A stretch of DNA of 64,000 nt from Trichosphaerium sp. ATCC 40318 (lineage: Eukaryota; Protista; Tubulinea). The translations under genes were made by a program, and so were the position numbers. How positions within the stretch are numbered: position 1 is the stretch's first letter; each line of letters opens with the position of its first letter. The notes under the pieces are model-generated. The model was not told the DNA's origin. It worked only from the letters and a program-made list of their open reading frames with translations, and did not search any database. Of this stretch, positions 36,118 to 47,349 are shown one piece after another. Where the stretch lies: contig JALMLS010000520.1 in NCBI GenBank assembly GCA_038496445.1, positions 62,001 to 126,000 on the forward strand, read 5' to 3'.

Positions 36118-37292
36118 ATGACCTCTGACGTTGATCTAAAAGTAATTTTCTTGGGCATGGGCCATGTGGGCACGTAATACGTATGGGTTTTACTTCATAA
36201 CGGCCTGTAGGGAAAACAAGTATTTTACATCAGTTTATAGGTGACGGCTTTACAGAAGAAACTAAATCAGTACGTTGTAGATTATCGTTGGTTTAATCCA
36301 TCGGTTTATTTGAAATATTTTCCTGATAAAGCTTTAGACTGTGGGTGCGCTGCCTAGGGTTAAACAATGGCGCAGTAAACGCCTTTGTCTATGGGATACC
36401 GTACGTTGTACAACCGAAAGTACAAATCAACATTAACAGCTCCTAGGCTGGTCAAGAAAAGGTTGGCGACGCGAACGGAAGTATTTTAGCTAACTTGTAC
36501 TAGTACTTTGCAATTTCTAGTATATACTGCCGCAAAGCAGATGCCGCTATATTAGTATGCGGTATGTACCGCACGGAATTGTCTGTGTATATTTATTGTT
36601 CCCACTTTTTCATGTAAAAACTAAATCTTGCACACGCTCTCTACGCTCCCCTTTAATACTCCAAATAGATGTAATGGATCAAAAAAGCTTCGATGAGCTG
36701 CCTAGATTTCTTGTACGCTTTTCGTATTCCAGAATGTCATTTCGTTTACGTGGAACTAATTCAACTCAAAAAGGAAATACTACGTAATGCTAAGGAGCCT
36801 GATAAGGATGTTTACGTTGTAATGGTATCTAATAAGATAGATTTGGTAAAAGAAGGTGCAATGCGTGTTGTTAAAGCTGAGGAGGCGTCAGCATTCGCTA
36901 GACAAATTAAAGCAGTACGAGTAGCGAGAATGAACAATAATTTTTTTTGATTCTACAAAACCTCTTCACCCGTTTGATTCCAAGGATGTCTGGTTAATAG
37001 TTCGTTTTAGAGGCATTTTGAAACAAGTGCAAAGACAGGGTTCAATATAGAAGAAGTGTTTGATGCCGTTATAGAGCATTTTTATGATGTAGATAAGTCT
37101 GAAACATCGTCTAAGAGCACGCCAGAGCAAACTAGATCGAATATAAAGAAAATATACTCAGCTTCTTCAAACAACTCAAAGAGAGAGAGTTTCCGACTTG
37201 GAGAGCGTCCAAAGGAAGATGAATATGAACCAGTTGGTTGTAATTGTATTACAGGTATTACAGATAAGAATAAGCGAGAGGGGAGGAGGTAG
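36118..37292 (+). CDS. RAB20: Rab-family small GTPase, Rab20-like; multi-exon, first intron GC-AG
   Basis: LKVIFLGMGHVGKTS, STVG..KQWRS..LWDTAGQEK, YCR, NKIDL, ETSAKTG. The KQWRS and YCR motifs recall Rab20. Confidence 0.75.
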
Positions 37293-37616
37293 ATATGATA
37301 AAGTAAGGGTTGACATGTACAAAAAAAATTAACAACATTCTTCAAAACAATGCTCTGCTCTAGAATCAGTTTTTTTTAAAGTACATAAATTTTATGGCTC
37401 AGGCAGAAAGCGAAATTGCACTGTAGATGATAAAGAGAGTTTGTATGTGTGTTGAGTGCCAATTTATTTGGTTTAGTCTTCATAAAGAGATTATTTTGCC
37501 TTCTGTATCGAAGTACCAGCTTACATACTGACATTCAAAAAACGGTTATAATAATGATTTAAGTACAAGATTACATGAACTCCTGCAAACTTAAATTCTA
37601 TAACATTTATTAACAC

Positions 37617-38708
37617 TTAATGTACATAGTTCTCAACAAAAATTTCTTGTGCACCTCGTAGTGCTTCCAAACCTTCATCTGTGATTGAATGGTTGCCGGT
37701 GATGTAAATGCTATGCACGCCTTTGAGCGCTTTGATGCCTTTATCAGTCACATGATTACAACCGAAAAAGAAAATAGTATGAACACCTTTGAGTGCTTTG
37801 ATACCTTTATCTGTCACGTTTTCACAAAATGAAAGGTCAATAGTATGTACACCTTTGAGTGCTTTGATACCTTTGTCTGTGACAGATATACTTGAAAGGT
37901 TAATAGTATGTACACCTCTGAGTGCTTTGATGCCTTTATCTGTCACGTGTTTACAATCTGAAAGGTCAATAGTATGTACACCTTTGAGTGCTTTGATACC
38001 TTTGTCTGTGACAGATGTACGTGAAAGGGCAATACTATGCACACCTTTTAGTATTTTGATAGCTTTGTCAGTCACATGCACACGACCTGAAAGGTCAATA
38101 GTATGAACGCCTTTGAGTGCTTTGATGCCTCTATCAGTCACGTTTTCACAATCAGAAAGGTAAATAGAATGAACGCCTCTTAGTGCTTTGACACCTTCAT
38201 CTGTGACAGATGTCTTTGAAAGGTTAATACTATGCACACCTCTGAGTGCTTTGATACCTTCATCTGTCACACGCGCACAATCTGAAAGGTCAATAGTATG
38301 AACGCCTTTGAGTGCTTTGACACCTTCATCTGTTATAGCACTTTTATGCAAGCAAATAGAGTGAACACCAGCAATTGCTTTGAGATCATTATCTGTAATG
38401 AGTCTGTTGCCAGATTTTCTTTTTTCTATGTATTTGAAACCAGACAATAATGAATACAAGCTATCTTTCATAGTCCATAGTACAATCAAACTGTTGTTCA
38501 TAACACCCTTATACTGTCTAATCGTAAAAATATCTTGTACACTTTTGATGTGAACTTCATCATATCCAACAACATCATGAATAATATCAGCCATCAAATG
38601 ACATGATTGAGCAGCGGAAAATTTGTCGTTTGCGTCTGTGGAAAACAAAATTGTCGATATAACTTCTGGTGGTAAATCAAGTAAAGTAGTTTCTTTGTGT
38701 GCTGCCAT
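37617..38708 (-). CDS. F-box + 21/22-aa LRR repeat protein, intronless
   Basis: 363-aa ORF; LLDLPPEVISTIL F-box; about 11 repeats of GVHTIDLSxxxxVTDKGIKALK. Confidence 0.9.
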   Translation of the reverse strand: MAAHKETTLLDLPPEVISTILFSTDANDKFSAAQSCHLMADIIHDVVGYDEVHIKSVQDIFTIRQYKGVMNNSLIVLWTMKDSLYSLLSGFKYIEKRKSGNRLITDNDLKAIAGVHSICLHKSAITDEGVKALKGVHTIDLSDCARVTDEGIKALRGVHSINLSKTSVTDEGVKALRGVHSIYLSDCENVTDRGIKALKGVHTIDLSGRVHVTDKAIKILKGVHSIALSRTSVTDKGIKALKGVHTIDLSDCKHVTDKGIKALRGVHTINLSSISVTDKGIKALKGVHTIDLSFCENVTDKGIKALKGVHTIFFFGCNHVTDKGIKALKGVHSIYITGNHSITDEGLEALRGAQEIFVENYVH

Positions 38709-38789
38709 TGTTTGAGTCCTAGCTTTGTGTTAGCATATTCAACAAAACAAACGCCAGAAAACAAGTTAAGAGCCTTCCTGGCAAGGAAC

Positions 38790-39182
38790 TTAAAGGATAG
38801 ATTTATGGCTGTGGAAAGTTGCACTGAGTAGGTTAACTAAAGCGTAACTGCACGTGTTATAGAAGCAACCATAAAGCAAGGGTGTTACAAAAATTATTTG
38901 TGTTTGAACGTACTTTGTTGCTTTGCTTCTTGGTTCATCAATATCATCGTAGTGATGCGTCTCATGTTGATTGATTATATTTGTATTTTTAATGATTGAT
39001 TCTTGCTCAAGAAGGAAATCATCGAGTTGTTGTACAAAGGTTTCATTTGCGATAGCAAGTGTACTTTCAAGCTGTTTGATGAATTTCTGGCGTTTATTTG
39101 ATATAATTGTGTCCAACGCTATGGAATTGTTTGTGCGATAGTATTTAAGTGCCTGTTCTACTGAAACACCTAATGAATCCAT
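38790..39182 (-). CDS. Hypothetical protein (coiled-coil-like)
   Basis: 130-aa ATG-initiated ORF; no family recognised. Confidence 0.35.
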   Translation of the reverse strand: MDSLGVSVEQALKYYRTNNSIALDTIISNKRQKFIKQLESTLAIANETFVQQLDDFLLEQESIIKNTNIINQHETHHYDDIDEPRSKATKYVQTQIIFVTPLLYGCFYNTCSYALVNLLSATFHSHKSIL

Positions 39183-39422
39183 CAGTGAGTTGTTGCGAGA
39201 ATTATGTTGTCAAACTTTCGTTGACTGTACAGCTTTCGTAATTACATTCTTACAGTGTCTCCTACCTTTTGTCACCAGGGCCATCCGTTTTGAGACTCAT
39301 CCTCCAAAAATCAAATTGATATTGCGAACTAGGTATACAAAAAGGGTGCAACAACCTCTTCGTTGTTGTAAAGGATTTTCCAGCAAAAGTTTTTTTTTGT
39401 TTTTTTTTTTTGTTTTTTTTTT

Positions 39423-39860
39423 TTACATTCTTGGGCTTCCGCCTTCGAATGCCATTTTTGCTAGATCTTTGTCATAGCTGGATATCATTATGATATTTGA
39501 TACGCCTGTAGGTGGGTAGTAGAGGTCTTCTACCTGTGGGTCCCAAGTCAGAGCGTATGTGTAGTCTGGGTTGGTATTAACCAGGATGCTTTTAGGGACT
39601 GTGACCGTGACTTTAATCACTAATGGTCTGCCCAGTAGAGAATCGTATTTTTTACGAGCGTACTTTCGCACTGCTCGGAGTAGTCTTGACATGTCAAGCA
39701 GAAGTATAGATATTAGTTGTAGTATTCGTATGCTTCCACTAGATAAAAAATCGATTTTGCTTTTAACCAAGTAATTTCTTGTTGCAAAAAAGTTGTGGTT
39801 TTTCACGGTTTTTGAGAAAACTGCTCCAATACGTTGTACACGGTAATTGAAGCATATCAA
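39423..39860 (-). CDS. Hypothetical protein (likely start at MSRLLRAVRK)
   Basis: Open frame with a plausible globular C-terminal half; no family recognised. Confidence 0.3.
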   Translation of the reverse strand: MICFNYRVQRIGAVFSKTVKNHNFFATRNYLVKSKIDFLSSGSIRILQLISILLLDMSRLLRAVRKYARKKYDSLLGRPLVIKVTVTVPKSILVNTNPDYTYALTWDPQVEDLYYPPTGVSNIIMISSYDKDLAKMAFEGGSPRM

Positions 39861-41580
39861 GGCGAATCGTTAGTAAAAATATGGATTTCGATATTGGGAT
39901 TTAAGATGTGGAGTTATGAAGTAAATCGAGAGTGGGTTGTTGAGAAACAAATGTGAAAAAAAGTGAAATTCGAAAAAAGACTTAGAGGCAATTACAACGG
40001 TTTCTGCGTTCCCGTGTGGTGTCTTCTACGCGTATTTTGAGGCTAGTCTATATTTAAAATGGATATGAAGTCAATAAGAATATGTAGAACCGAGAATTTG
40101 TGTAATCAACCTTTATTTACTAGTGGTATATTATTAATGTAAAGTAAGGTGTTTTTGTGTTGTTCTGATCCAAAAAAAGGTTGATCTTTCTGTTGTAGCT
40201 TCTCTCAAGCTCTTGTCGCTCAAAATATGCCTCGGTTTTATTACGTAAATGAATCATAGCGTTGGTGACGGTTTGAACCAGAAACCTGCCTTTTTGGTTC
40301 AATAAAAACGTGATCGTACCGTTACCGATTTTCTGTTCTAACTTTTGCTCTAAAACCAGCTTGTATGCAATAATAGAGATAGTCGCATAACTGTGATGCC
40401 ACTATAACCTTGTTGGCACGCTTTTAGTTTAAACATCATTTGCCTTTCTGTTGTATATTCTAATTCATTAGTACAACGTACCTCTTAGATTCGCGATACT
40501 TTAAAGCTCTTTTTAGCTTGTTCTGCGTCAACAAAAGCGATCACAGTTAAAAACTCGTTAGCATGGCTCATCAGCTTGTTGTGACCTGTAGAATATACAA
40601 CCCCGTTCTGTGATCTACATACTGACTGGTTTACGCCTTTGGCAACCGTTTGCACTGACGAGGATTAATGACCCTCAATAGACTTTGTTTCGCTAACAAT
40701 AGATACAATGCGAATGTTCAAAGCCCTTAAGCCTTGTTTCAGATAAAGACATCGTTACAGTAATAAAATAAGCGCCAAACTTTAGCATAAGCGTTTTTAT
40801 GCGTAGAAAATAACAATAAGAAGAGCAGCAGATAATTTGACTGTGAAGTATTCATTTCAGTTTAGCTATTTGTTATTTGCCATTAAACCCACAGATCCCA
40901 CAAGAGTTTCACATATCGTCAGCCACAAGAATGTCCAAAAGGCTAAGTATCTGGAATCGTAGATACAACGAGACCAAGGGCATAACAAACTTCATAGATA
41001 TCTTCTCTGTACCCCTCATATCTGTGAAACAGGATGAGGAACGTTAGTGCTATCACCCTTCCTCTGGCAAGAATATTTGAAAAAATAGTCTTAATACCTT
41101 CACCAAGTTTTTGCTCCAAAATGCTTACGCCTTGACAAAGTCTCATTTATAGAATAGCTGGTTTGTAGTTTCATTATCCTCTTTTCGTAGACTATGGTTT
41201 TGACTAATACATAATCTTCAATCCTTCTCTGGTTTTGCAAGCAAAAAAAAGAAATAAATAAGAAAAGAATAAAGTTGTCATGTAATATACAGATTTAACT
41301 ATTTACAAGCATTGCAATATCTTTTACAGCAACTGTTGTTATCTGTATTGTCTGGCGTAGCTTTTTCTAAAACATTTCTTAAATCATGTCTGCTATAAGC
41401 TATCCAGGTCAACTCTGGTTCTTTGCTTTATTGCAGTTAACTTGCGTTCAAAGCTACTACTTAGCTGTATTGCAAACAAGGTATAATTTAGCTTCACATA
41501 GCAATAGTGTACTTTCCACTACATGGACATGATTTTGGAGATGATAAAAGCGCAGTAATGTCTTTATTTTATCAGACTTT

Positions 41581-41997
41581 CTACAAAACAGCTTCCTCTT
41601 CGTTGTCTGTAGATTCATAACTTGCAGTGTTATATTCTATTCCAATACCTGAGTCGTTAGAAACTTCAAAACTTGATTTCGAGGCACTTGGCGATTGGGA
41701 GTTCTCGTGTTCCTGTAGTAAATAGAGAGTATTTGGTGCGAAATACATTGCAATGAAAGGTGAAGTACGGACGAAAAGCACCCAGGGCCATATCAAGCTT
41801 GTCACCAAGTTATTGACAAAACGTCTGGTTATTCCAAGCCTGAACTCGTTGATATCTTCTAGCCTCTCTTCGTAGTGACTCAAAGCTATTTTATTATTTC
41901 TTTGACGGATTTCACGTGATCGTTTCATCTGGGCGTAGCCATCTAGATAATTCGTTGCGAAAAAGCAAGCATAAATACCTACTGTATACGCAGCCAT
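41581..41997 (-). CDS. Intronless two-hydrophobic-segment protein
   Basis: 138-aa ORF: N-terminal hydrophobic segment, YLDG, later SLIWPW..PFIAM, acidic tail. Confidence 0.55.
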   Translation of the reverse strand: MAAYTVGIYACFFATNYLDGYAQMKRSREIRQRNNKIALSHYEERLEDINEFRLGITRRFVNNLVTSLIWPWVLFVRTSPFIAMYFAPNTLYLLQEHENSQSPSASKSSFEVSNDSGIGIEYNTASYESTDNEEEAVL

Positions 41998-42438
41998 GAT
42001 AGAAGTGGTATGATCTTTTTGTTTGTTTTGCGGATTTTTTATTTGTGAACTTAACAGATTGTGAACACAAAAGATAAAGTGCAGATTGTTTTAGGAACTT
42101 CGTGGAAGAACGTTAAATGAGCCATTGAAAAACAATGTTAACGTCTCTTAAAACTATTTCGCGGTGTTTTAAGAAGTTTGAAGAAGGTATACACTCATGT
42201 GGTGGCGTGGAAAAATATGCCAACACAAAATTATGTGACTTAATTTCAATACAAACAATCACTTGGTTTCTAAACACTTAGTACCAACACTTACGTACCT
42301 TTCAAAGCTAAACAAATTACCAACACCACGTGCTATTCTTGTAAAATCGCAGGTAGCTCCTACAGAGAAACCTTGAAAGTTAAAAGAAACAAGGAGTTTA
42401 GGGGTAAGCACTTTATTCACGGCTTACAAGTTTCCTTT

Positions 42439-43200
42439 TCAGCAGTTGCCTTTGTTATAGAGCCATCTGGTAGATCCACCAGCTCCATCAGCGTCAGGAA
42501 AAACACTACCGGTCCAGCAGAAGCGATATTCATTGAAGATAACCAGTTCAGTAAGACCCCATCCATCAGTGCTTGTGTTGTTCACTTCCACAGCGCGCAA
42601 TATTTTGTTCGGATCTTTTACTGGTTGGTCTAGTAAATAGAACGTATCGCGACTTCCACGTTGTAAATCAGTGGTTCCAGGGTTATCAAGAGCAGAGCTC
42701 CAAGGTGATTTTTGTATGCCGTCTTCGTAAATGTATCGATAGAAAATAGCTCCAGTGGTTCCGTCGTGTTCGTTGTTACCAGTTTGAGTCATAATGAAGG
42801 TGTTGGCTGTATCTGTGTTGACGATGCGTTTTTCTACCAAGTCGCCTATAGAGGTCGCTTTCAACATGATGCACTGCTCCATGTAGAACAAGTTACAGGC
42901 TGTGTTGTGGTAACTCTTGTAGAAACGACAACGTGGGTCATTATCACACAAGGTCTGACACTCTGTTTTGGTCACTGACGTATCACGTGGGAAGGTGCAT
43001 TCGCCAGGACCTCCAACAAGGTCACAGTGAGTTATGGTAGAACCAGGAACGTCGCCATTACATCCCTTGAATACGCCACTCTGCATATCTTTAAAACAAC
43101 CTGAGCAAAGTAAGGGACTCGATGCTGCAAGGGTTTCAAAGGAAGCCGCATGAACGAGAGTTGAAAATGCGATGAGAATAATGAGGAGATGATGTATCAT
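42439..43200 (-). CDS. Secreted PAN/apple-like + PLAT/LH2 domain protein, intronless
   Basis: Signal peptide; ECQTLCDNDPRCRFY..CNL (PAN-like); QTG..DGT..LDNP..DLQRGSRDTF..DGW (PLAT consensus). Confidence 0.75.
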   Translation of the reverse strand: MIHHLLIILIAFSTLVHAASFETLAASSPLLCSGCFKDMQSGVFKGCNGDVPGSTITHCDLVGGPGECTFPRDTSVTKTECQTLCDNDPRCRFYKSYHNTACNLFYMEQCIMLKATSIGDLVEKRIVNTDTANTFIMTQTGNNEHDGTTGAIFYRYIYEDGIQKSPWSSALDNPGTTDLQRGSRDTFYLLDQPVKDPNKILRAVEVNNTSTDGWGLTELVIFNEYRFCWTGSVFPDADGAGGSTRWLYNKGNC

Positions 43201-45793
43201 AGTTATAGTTGTATAACTTTTGATATTATTCCAAGTAGAATATAGTGGTTTGTGAACAAAATGTCGTCAGTCGTTCTTATTCAAATTGTGCTTACAGACC
43301 CGACATACTATTTCTAGGTACTTTTAATAGCTAGGGCATAAAACGATGGATATATGCTAAAAAGTAGTCAGACCTCTTTAACCACTTGCACATTTTTCGA
43401 CAAAAAAGTCATTGTTCACAGAATGTAATTTTGAGAAAAAAAATATCACGTTTCTTGAACAATTAAATATAGAGTTAGGTGTATACATTACAACGTCAAT
43501 TGTTTATTATTGATAGAACTTGGGAGTACACATAGAACTCCTTTTATTTTATTTTTCGCAGACTAGTATTCATGCACATACGTCTAGACATTTATAAACG
43601 AAATTAAACGCATATAAAAAGTAAAACATTGTAAGTGTGAGTGTGTTTTTGCTTAGGACTTTTAGCCTAAATTCAAAGTATTAGATGAATAGTGTTTTGT
43701 ACCCAATACAAGTTGCATCAAACATAGTTTGAGGAGGTAAAAAAATCCTCAAAAACAAAAACTCCTCGCTTCAACTTTAATCACGTGACTCAATCATATC
43801 AAGAATAACACCGTTGACAACTGTCGAATCAATAATGCCACAGTTTCATTTGAATTATCTATTTATATTTCCGGGAAGTCCATAGGATCAACAGCTTTAA
43901 AACGAAATTATCTTTTCCGGCGCAACATCAATCTGTGCAGTATTTGTTTCACTGGACTTTGCAAAGTGCTAACTACATTTTGTTGGTTTCCAATATTTTT
44001 TCTCCAAGTAGTACAGATTTAAACGTTGAAGGTTCCTGGCTGTGTACAGATTTAAACGTTGAAGGTTCCTGCTGTGTAAGAAAGATTAAGAACATTTTGA
44101 ATACAAAAAGCAGTTTTTTATTCACTATCTGAATTGCGTGTCCATGGAGCTAGCATCAGTTATCCGTGTTAGTATTGGCTAATATTTGTATGCTCACTTT
44201 TCGGATAGTAACTCTCTAGAAAGCAAAAAACAAAGCTATGTGACAGGTATGTTTGCCAACAACACAAGATAAAAGCACAGATGGGTTTGTGGGTTTACTT
44301 GGTAGGTGTTCTGTGGTACCCATTGCTATACACTACCTCATGATCAGCGTTGTTCAGACAGATCAATAGCTGGATAGACTACACAAGATGATCCTTCAGC
44401 ATGTGTGACTATTATTAACATTGTGTTTAACTTTGCTACCAAACATGCCTGCCATGGTATAGTAGAAATGGAGGAGTGAGAAGGTCCAAAACACTAGCGC
44501 AGATAACGAAAAAGACAAGTCCATAATCGTTTACTTACTGTCTTTGGTTAATACAGTCCAAGACTCAATCCTCCAAACATATAAGGAGTGCGTGGTGATA
44601 ATAACTTCTTGTGCTTGAAGGAGTAGGACATTCAAGCTAAAGCGAATTGATGGTTCTGTTGCTTTCCTCTTTTTTTCTGAATAACATATCCAGACGAATA
44701 CGTTTACATACTAAACAACCTAATATCAAAAAAGGGTGCTTGCACGGTGAACATAGAACTTACTTGATACCCAAAAAACCAGAAACTCAAACAAATAAAC
44801 ACACAGCTTACCTAGGAGTGCATTTGGCTGAAAACCAATACTGTTCTCACCAGTTGAATATGCACTAGGCACATTGCCATCTAGAATCCATTTAACCGGA
44901 TAAGTAAACTGTACTTATTTACGCAGCTAGCAATCAGCTATTTTCATTAGGCGACAAAATAAATTGCGTTAGAGCAGTATTGTGTGGCATCCATCCTTAC
45001 GGAGTTTATCTAATTCTTTAGCGATGACCGCAGAACTAACATTTGTATGTTTTACTACTAGGATTCTTATAACCTAAATTCTGTTACTATCCTGTGCTAT
45101 GCATGCATGCCAGTTGGTAGCCATGCTCATTTTGTACAATCTATCATGCTCGCATGATAAAGAAAAGGTATAAGCGGTACAATCACATGGAGTATCTTCA
45201 TGAGAATGATAAAAAGTTACCGCAGCCAGTATTTTGAGTTACCCAAAGAAATCTTGTTTTTAGGTTTTGAGAACACACTCAGTACGTTCAACAAGGATTA
45301 TCGCAAGCTAAACGTCATAGCAACAAAGAATCCAAAACCATATATTACTACGCTGATGATACAGTCGCGTGATTAGCATATTTTTAGAAAACATGACAAA
45401 CCTTTTTTCCGAAAAGTGTTTTTCCATCTACTATTAAAAAAAGTGGCAAACACGACAAACTGAAACCTAATTACATCCAAACACTGTAAGCAAATGTTTA
45501 ACGAACGATGATGTTTGTTGTTTATTGTGTGATTTAGTCAATGTCTCACGTTTCATCTACTCGCTTGAGTAGTGGTAAACTATGTTTCTTAAAAACCGGT
45601 TCCTGCTTTTGTTTATTGTCTTGAGAAACACTCTTCTACAAACGATAGTACATACCCATAGGGTATCACTGCAGTGTTTTTATTTTTGTCACCGGAAAAA
45701 CCACTATTCCCTTGTCATGGTTTTTGCTCAAAAATTCAAGAACCACCGGAGAAACGACTCAAAACTACATTAATCATACTCGTATAACAACAA

Positions 45794-47251
45794 ATGGCAT
45801 CACAACAAACGCCAAACCTATATCCTCAAGGTAAGACAGTCATTAGAACGCGTTTAGAACGAGAAAATGTTAACCGCTTTAAAATCTAGCGTATCAAAAC
45901 GCTGTTCCAGCAGTACCAGCACCGCAGTATACTGCTTATCCAGCGCAACCAGATGGCGCTCACATTGCTCTAAACACAGATGTTGAGCATAACAAAAACT
46001 TCGCGGAGACGCCAACACCAGGAGATCCCAGTAAAGAGTAAGTTTGCCAACCGTGACAACTTTTTGTAGAATGAACTTTTCTTTTAACGATCTGCTGATA
46101 GGATGGCTGCTACTGGTAAAGTGACTGAAGAGAGTAGTCCTAAAACACCAAGAATAGTAGAAGAAGACCTTGTAGCTCATTACCAGACAGTTAAAGATCT
46201 ACCACTGCATTTCAAGATCAATATTGCTATCTGCTCTATTATTGTCTCAATCTGCTTCTTAGGTGCGTACCTTCTTTGAAGCTTGAGATTTTTTTCTCTT
46301 TGTTTTCTGACGTTGTCAGCGTTGATTAATGTTATTGTTTAGTATGGCGTTATACTACACCAGAAGGATTCTGGTGGTTTATCTACCCAATGTTTGTTGC
46401 TGCATTATCTATTTCAATAGATTTTTACTTTTTCATTCAAAAGAACTACAAAGGCGGAGCTATAGCTATTCTTGCTATTCTTAACTTAATATGCTTTTTC
46501 ACATGGGGACTCACTCAACCAAGTACGCATTTTTAGACTTAAACTCAATGTGTTTTCTTACGAGGAGAAAACGTGACATAGCTTTGTTTATTCACTTTTG
46601 TTACTGTTTTTTCTTGTTCGTCTCCTCATTCTTACCACGTGATTTTTATAGAGGGTGTCATTGGATACCCATGGTTTATCTACCCTATTTACGCTACAGC
46701 ATCGGGATACACCCTCGTCTTATACTTGGCAACAAAGAGACACGAACTTATCTTCATGTTCTGGCATCTTTACTGGCAATTATCTCTAATGTTGTTCGCA
46801 ACTTGGATCTTTACTAGCCACGGACACCCATGGTTTTTCTACCCTATGATTGCTTTAGCAATCCCATTACAATGTGCTATGGCAAAGAGTGTATACCACG
46901 AGAAACGTGCTTGGGTTTACCTCTTAATAATTTTCGGTGGTATTGATTCAATTGTACGGCTTATATCTTTATTACCTTCTTCTCTCCTTTATTTGCAACT
47001 TTATTTTTCCCATCAAGCTGATTATATTTCTTCAGGTTTTTATTGTATGGGCGTTTACAAGCAGCTATTGGCCATGGTTCATATTTGTTTGGGTGCGTAT
47101 AAGAACATGTGTTTTTTTTTTCTTTTCGGTTTACTTATTTCGTTTCTTCGTCTAGGTACCTACAATGGCTTTCGTTGCATTAGCTTATGTTATGTCTGCA
47201 CGTGGCTCTACTAAAAAACTTGACACCCTCACTGTACATGAACAACTGTAA
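45794..47251 (+). CDS. Multi-pass membrane protein with repeated W-F-x-Y-P hairpin units and a Pro/Gln/Tyr-rich N-terminus; multi-exon
   Basis: MASQQTPNLYPQ followed by an intron; units GFWWFIYP, GYPWFIYP, HPWFFYP and YWPWFIFVW. Confidence 0.7.
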
Positions 47252-47349
47252 ATAAATCGCGCACAAGCACTTTCTATTACCCACTGATTGTATTGAGTAT
47301 TTCTTTATACTTGTTAAACATTATCTACAAGGCAACCAGGCACGGTAGA

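Noticed and set aside
43700-45450. Possible gene remnant, including a ~32-bp tandem duplication near 44010-44072
   Set aside because: No frame could be reconstructed or identified with confidence.
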